Positions 57,478-64,000 of a DNA stretch of 64,000 bases are shown piece by piece. This stretch comes from the human T2T-CHM13v2.0 reference genome, Homo sapiens. The translations under genes and the position numbers were made by a program. The stretch's first letter is position 1. Each line of letters opens with the position of its first letter. The notes under the pieces are model-generated. The model was not told where the DNA came from, did not search any database, and saw only the letters and a program-made list of their open reading frames with translations. The DNA lies in the NCBI RefSeq assembly GCF_009914755.1, contig NC_060947.1; one strand, written 5' to 3'.

Positions 57478-58009
57478 TAAATCTTGGTAATCCTGGTTGG
57501 TGCTGACGTATCACTTTGTTTTGAAAATGCAAGATGCTAAAGGCCAGGATGTCAGATTGTTGTGTCTGGATTGCTGATTTATGATCTACAGCCTTGGCCT
57601 CTCCAAAGAGTTTTCTGAGTCTTTCAGTAATGACTGTTTCTTTCATCCCTGGGGAGGCAAGGATGCCTTTCACTCATGGCCACTTGGGTCGGAAACAATG
57701 AGCTGCAACTGGAAAGTGGTTTGTTGTGGACCCCATGGGGAGGCAGGACCCTAACCCTGCCCCTTGGCCTGGGGGAGTCTTCTGACCTTGGGTCCATCCT
57801 GGGCCCATTCATAGGCCCTGAAGGCTGCACTCTTCCCTGAGCTTCATGGCCAGTGAAGTGTGGTGTTGGGGAAATCCTGTGGCATTCTGGGGTGTTTAGA
57901 ACTTCCTGGAGTCATGAAGAATGGTTGGATGGTTGGACTCAGTAGCTGAGTTATCCAGAGCCCAAAATTGCTGAGTGTAAGAGTGTATATCAGTGGCAAA
58001 ATGAGTAGG

Positions 58010-58138
58010 AAGAGCTCAGGACTGGGGCTGGGGGTCAGGAGACCCAAGTTCAAGTCCTGGCTCTGCCACTGCTCTGAATGAGTCACCTCACCCTTGAGGG
58101 CAGAGAGTTCTCCACCTCTCTTTGACATGGTATAAAAG
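58010..58138 (+). mobile_element. MIR fragment in the last intron
   Basis: ggggtcaggagacccaagttcaagtcctggctctgccact. Confidence 0.65.
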
Positions 58139-59123
58139 CCCCAACTTCCCTGAGAGGTGGTGAGGACTTGTCTTTAATGTGAACAGGCTTGAAGGGCTTT
58201 GGAAGGCAGGTGCCGCGACCGTCCCCGGGGCAGGTGTCGCATGTCTGGTTTTGTGTGCAAGTGGCAGTAATGTAGCATTAGCCATGTGGAGCCTCGCGTG
58301 ACCTAGCATGACTAGGGCGTGTAACTGATGTCCCCAACACCTTTGTAGAAGCAGTCACTTTCTCTTCCTCATTCTGGTGTATGGCTCTGCTCTGGTTTGC
58401 TGGGGGCTTAGTCTGAGCTCCTTGCCAACAGTGTGAATGCTTCCTGCGCTCTCAGGAGGAAGCCGTACAAAGTTCACACCCTTACCACTTGCTGCTCTCC
58501 ACTGGGACCCAGATTCCAGAGGCATCAGTGTGCTCATGTCACCCTACATACCATGCTCAGGCAACGCCTCCTACAAGGAGGGCAACCCTCACCCCATTCC
58601 TCACCATAAACCCCCATCCATCTTTCATGAGTCCATTCAGGTACCACTTCTGTCATGAAATCTTCTCTGAGGACTCAGCCCCCATATTGTATGCTCCTCA
58701 GACCTCCTCATAGTGTATAAAGCTGGGTGAGCCCTGTCTGGTTTGGGGTCAGATGTAGTAAACCTTTGACCACCCCCACTTGATTGATTGCAGTTACGTG
58801 GAGGCAGGGCCCACGCTGTGGGCTGTACTTTTAGCCTGTAACACCTCTCCGGGGTCTAGGCACATAGTAGATGCTCAGGAATGGCAACAAGTTCTGGGCC
58901 CAAACAGAAGGCAAGACCGTGAGCAAAACTGAATAGCTTTTCCACTAGACGGCCCTCCGCCATCACCTCCAGAGGCCTCTAGCTTGACTCACTCAGAAAA
59001 CCGAGGGGAGAGAAGAAATCCCTTTATAAACAGGTGGGGATTGGTCAATCCCTCCTTGTCTAGTCCCCCATTAGGTAGAGATGGCTGAACTGGCAGAAGC
59101 CAGAGAAAGCCTAAGGATGGTGA

Positions 59124-59360
<237 letters not shown>

Positions 59361-60248
59361 AGGTGCTTATTTTTTTTTTTTTCCTCCCTGAGGAAGCAAG
59401 TCGTGACTTGACTTGGAGAACACCCAGTTCTTGATAAAATCATGGGAGAGGGCAGTAGGATGTTTGGTGTATTTCTTTTTCCTCCTTTCTGTCCCTTTCT
59501 TCTACCACTCTTCCTTTCCCAGCTCTTCCCCCTACGATGTCTCCTTGAGCCTGGGGTGTAGTGCTGGGCGCTGGATTTTCCTCCTTCCCTTTGGCTCTCT
59601 CTCTGCTCCTAGTGGCCTTACATGGGGAGATTGCAGTGAGCGGCTCTTTCACTCTGCTTGTCGGTGCTTTAACAACAGCTGGTTGAGGAGAAAGGGAACA
59701 ACAAGTAGTAGTTCTTTTGGCATCGAAGCAATGAGATTGGGTTGTGTTTCATTTCTCCACTGCCAGGGACCTCCAGGCTTATGCTGGCGTCCCATTTAGT
59801 CTCCAGCACAGCCCTTACCACGGGGGACTGAGGCCTTGTTTCTATACCAGCGGCAAGCCCAGAGCCGAGGGATTTCACAGCTCGTGGTCAAGACAGAACC
59901 AGCCAGATTCTGGTCACTGGTGTCCCATGACTCAAAGTAAACAGCCAACCAGCCACTCCCTCCAGGATGCTGCCTGGGGTGGGAGGTGAGAGCACCACCC
60001 AGCCCAAGGGCTAGATTCCATTGAGAGGGTTGGAGATCTATTGCAATGACAAATCCAAAGTGAAGAGGGTCAAGATATATACAGTACTAGGCCAGACCCT
60101 GTGTAAGTTCTGCCTGTGAGAGTTGAGAACTGATGCATATCCCAATCAGAAGTGAGCACAGAAAACTGTGATTTGAATCATACACTCTGTTTTAGGAAAA
60201 TGTTGATAATAGATACCATTTTAATCTTGAGTGCCCCTTAAATGTGTT

Positions 60249-60312
60249 CCCTCTCCCTTTCCCTCTCCCCCCACCCCTCCCCCTCCCCCCTCCCTCCCTC
60301 TTTCCCTCTCTC
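60249..60312. repeat. C-rich polypyrimidine tract in the 3'UTR
   Basis: ~64 nt of almost pure C/T with many C3-C6 runs. Confidence 0.9.
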
Positions 60313-63076
60313 AGGCAGCTTCAGGGAAGAATGAGCTGGAATTGGCTGGTTGGTTGGTTTTTGAGTTTGGAGAATCCTCGCATCAGGGCCCATTTCTGGA
60401 AGATTCTGTAGATCTGTTTCTTGGTTTTACAGGGCCAGTGTTGTTTCCCTAGGGCCAGATTTCTTCAGTGTATCCACACTCAGTGCTGAATTGTTTAATG
60501 TGGGGGACATCACGTCCTCCTCATCCTGTCTACCCCCAAATCCCATGTCTAGGTTGAAAGGGGGCTGCCAAAGAATTAAGTCCTCATGGGTGGAGGTTCA
60601 GGTGCTCCACAAGGAGGAGCTTTTGTTGAAGGACTTCAGCTCAGTTATGCACGGACCTCAAGCAGGCAGGAAGTGGCTGGGCATTGCTGACTCCACATTG
60701 ACTCCCACTAGGAACAGATTTGCTTAAGAACAGAAAAGCTCATTTGGTGATTTTGTCTGATGAGCCTCCCTTCCCCTGTCCCACTCTAGGCAACACAGTT
60801 GACCTAGACCAGTTCCAGTATTTCCAGTTTGACCGTGTTTGACCTACACTGAGCTTCGGTGCCTCAGTGGTCATAATTTTAGCAAGTGGACCTATAGGAA
60901 GCAACCCTGGGAGGGACCGTCCTTCTGCAGAGGCCTGCGGGCATTGAGGCTATCAATCCCCAGGGCTTGGGGAGCAGGAGGGGAGGGCACCAAGTGCTCT
61001 TACTCTCCTGAGCTCCTTTTGATGCGTAAGCTTTGTTTTTGGCCCTCTTTGAAGGCAGGGCCAAACTTTTCTTAGTGCCTCTCACCTTAGGGTGGCCCTC
61101 CAGGGAAGGTGCTCCTTGAATGGCTGGATTGGCCCTGCCCACCGTCAAACTGCTACATGTAGGAATAGCTGATGAGGAAATACACAAGGCCTCAGTGCCC
61201 CTTGGCCTCTTTACAAAAGGAGAAGTTGGAAGGGGATTGTGGGAGGAGCCCCTGGGGGCCTGGTCTGTCCTCCACCAGAACTTGGAGTTGCTGCCAGCAG
61301 AGGATCTGTGCCTCAGCTGAAGACTAGCTCCGGAATGTCATAGGGGTGTGACTGTGTAGGCCTTCTCCTCCTCCTCGTTTCTGTGGCATGGCACAGGTTG
61401 CCTGGTTGCTCGAGCCTTCCCCATGTTGACATCCTCCACAAGCTTGCCTTTGCTCTGTCTACAGCTTAGTACCCCATTCTGGAGGGCACTTTCTGGTGCT
61501 TGGAAGGAGAGAAGAAAGCAAAAGCCACATGCCTGGCATGGCCAAGCCAGAGACAGATCCACCTGTCAGAGGAAGGAAGAAGTAAAGGGGGCATGCAGGG
61601 CTTTTGGGGGCCAGATTGGCTCAGAAACATGTAGGTCAAAAGAATAGAGGGGGCCCAGTCTATAGGCTTCACAAGGAGCCATGGCCTGTATTTGGGGCAT
61701 TGGGGAGCATAAGGCATCTGAACTGGTCCAGATCTCACTCTTATCTTGGGCCAAGCCAACGTGGAGAGAAGCAACCCAACCAGACTCTTGGCAGCCTGCC
61801 TTACAGGGTAGCCCACCTTATAGGGTAGCCCTCATATCTGCCCTATGCCGGCCCTCTACTGCCCCAGCTTTGGTACAGGAGTGAGGGAGAAGCTGGAGCT
61901 TGCACACCCAGTGGCCAGTGGGGCTGTCTTCCCAGCTCCTCCTCAGGGCTTTCCTGTCAGTGCCAAGCCAGTTCCCCAGCCAGGTTTCCGTGTGCCATTT
62001 GCCAGCGTGTGGGAGCTCTGCGCGTGTGTGAGGGTGTTTGTAGAAGAGGGCAGTTTCCTTTCAAATGGCCTTAGGAAGGGAAAAGAGTACTCCCTCCAGC
62101 CCCTAGGTAGCCTTGGCCAGGGATGTGGGCCAAGAACAGTCTGTGGAGCTGGCCAACTTGTGGCATCCACTCCAAATAGCAGAGACCCAGTCACGCCTGC
62201 TTCTGGTCCTCCCTGCCCTCAGTATTTGGTTTTGTACACCAAAGATGATCTGGCCCATCTTCCTCCCAGAGGCACAACAGTAACATGTTCCTCTGTCAGC
62301 CTGTGAAGGCATGCAGGGTTCTGAAGCCACAGACTCAGTCTCCCCAAGTCAGCAATCTCTTTCTCTCTCTCTCCTCAAACTTCATCGCATTCATAGAAGC
62401 TGCTTGCAGGGTCGCCGGGCTAACCAGGGTGATCGGCGAACTTTACCGTACAGTACCTCAGTCTAGCTGTCAGATCACCCCTTTTGCTGTAGCCTCTGTT
62501 GAGGTTTTTATATTTGTGATCATTGGTAATTCAGTGTCCTATGAAGTGGGCACAGCTCCCCACAGAGAGCAAGTTGTCAGCAGGTCTCTGTGCACTGGTA
62601 TTGGGGCAGGGCAGTGCCCTGGGGGTAAGCTAGGTGGCTCAGGGAGTGGCAGAAGGGCCATTTTTCCCTCTGCCAAAAAGACTTCCTTGGATTTGTAGAT
62701 GTTGACCCAGAGTCCTCTGTCCCCTCCTGAAGAGGATTTTCTTACTGGTTTCTACTGAAGGGGAGGTAGGGGAGGAGGAAAAAAGGACCATGTGTGATGC
62801 TGTTAGACAAGACACTGACGCTGATTATGGAGGGTCTCCTGCAGGCCCTTGTGGGCTCCTTGGCAAGGCCCCAGGCTGGGAAGGAGCTCCCCCCACTGCC
62901 CATCCTGCCCGCTTTGTGGCGGGTAGAGTCAGTGACAGGGAGGCAGCCCTCCTTTTGTGTATATAGAGTGAGCTGATTTGGGCTCAGGAAAACCTAGTCG
63001 CTTGTTGCTCTCGTCTGTGACATTTTTGTACACTGGTTTGCTACTCATGGCAAGAAACAGACAAAGCCCCATGAAA

Positions 63077-63082
63077 AATAAA
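63077..63082 (+). terminator. Candidate proximal poly(A) signal AATAAA
   Basis: Hexamer in an A-rich stretch with U/GU-rich sequence at 63110-63160. Could be an internal-priming artefact site. Confidence 0.35.
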
Positions 63083-63544
63083 ACAAAACAAAAGTCATTT
63101 CAAACAAAGCTGTTGTTTTGAAAACTCTTGCTTTCTTTTGGTGTCCATTTTGTGTTCTATTTTAAAGAATCTTTCATTTATATTGGTGTTATTGTAGTGA
63201 AGAGAATGTGATAGGCTGATCTGTAATGGTTTCTGTCAGGAGCTTAGCAAATGCCTCTGCCCCTCTTCCCCTACCCCTGTCCTTCCTCAGTTCCCAGCTG
63301 GGATTGCTATGCACTGGGCAGACCCGTCACTGTCTCCCCTGAACCCCCACACAGTGGCTTCCCTTAGAACCAGTCTTTGTACTCTCCCTAAACAGCAGCA
63401 GGCTTAGGATTTTTGTCAGGCTGGTTCTTGCGTGCTCTGTGCCCCCACCAGTTTGCTCACCTCTTGGGGCATTTTGTAATGTGTTTTCTCTGTCTTGTAA
63501 AACCTTTTGATTGTACCGAAATGGTATCTGCAGTCGCCTTTGGA

Positions 63545-63550
63545 AATAAA
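63545..63550 (+). terminator. Poly(A) signal AATAAA
   Basis: Canonical hexamer with upstream UGUA elements (~63476, 63496, 63512) and a downstream GU-rich element at 63595-63609. Confidence 0.6.
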
Positions 63551-63677
63551 TGGTCATTAATTTGTGTACTTAGCATTCTGAATTTTAGTCTCAGGTGTTT
63601 CTGTTGTTGAAGATCCTTGAATGAAAAGGAACCCTCACCATGGGGCTTACTGTTATAATGTTTCTTCATTTACTGTT

Positions 63678-63683
63678 ATTAAA
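63678..63683 (+). terminator. Distal poly(A) signal ATTAAA
   Basis: Variant hexamer at the end of the U-rich block. Composition switches to GC-richer sequence after ~63700. Confidence 0.6.
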
Positions 63684-64000
63684 AGATTTATGAGAACCCA
63701 GGAGTCCTGGCCTTGCTTCCCAGAACCCTCTCAGAAGGCCCTCTGCTTTGAAAAATAGACAAAAGGGGCCTCTGGCCCTCCGTACTGTGGAAGACCCTCA
63801 AAGGACAGCTGGGCTTTCTCAGCACACTTTTGTCCTGGGAGCTGCGTGGCTGGTTGCCCTTGAATTCCCACACATTGCCTACTTCTGCCAGGGACCCAGC
63901 AGGCCATTTGCTCTTAGCAGAGGGCTTGTCTGCCGGGCACGTTTGCTGGGCTCTCTGGTACCCAAAGTGCATTGGGCTAGGCTGGAGGACTGAGCTGGAG

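Larger units (their letters stand above)
59361..63700 (+). other. TMEM164: TMEM164 long 3'UTR (~4.3 kb; end approximate)
   Basis: Follows the stop codon and is nearly free of recognisable interspersed repeats, unlike the introns. Distal part is U-rich with many UGUA elements and poly(A) hexamers. Confidence 0.8.

Overview
Primate (almost certainly human) genomic DNA covering the 3' part of TMEM164, which I recall maps to Xq23. The gene is on the + strand. It was recognised from three GT-AG coding exons with consistent phases: 30706-30784, 57329-57429 and 59154-59360. Together they encode [12 protein letters not shown]...LRLPAKKID*, the C-terminal 128 aa, and are followed by a ~4.3 kb 3'UTR with tandem poly(A) signals up to ~63700. 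The rest is intron packed with Alu, L1, L2, MIR, MaLR LTR and hAT/Tigger relics, several nested three deep. I see no prokaryotic features, CRISPR array, RNA gene or second protein-coding gene, and I cannot support a new biological system. Best leads: (1) an old ~270 bp duplication 10 kb apart that ends at a shared TG microsatellite; (2) a (GGAA)15 microsatellite grown from the tail of a trimeric Alu; (3) two near-consensus co-oriented CTCF motifs; (4) a C-rich tract plus in-frame cryptic acceptor in the 3'UTR that would replace the KKxx C-terminus; (5) a possible UG-repeat-associated cryptic exon. Repeat subfamilies were assigned by eye from remembered consensus sequences, and repeat boundaries are approximate unless a TSD is given.
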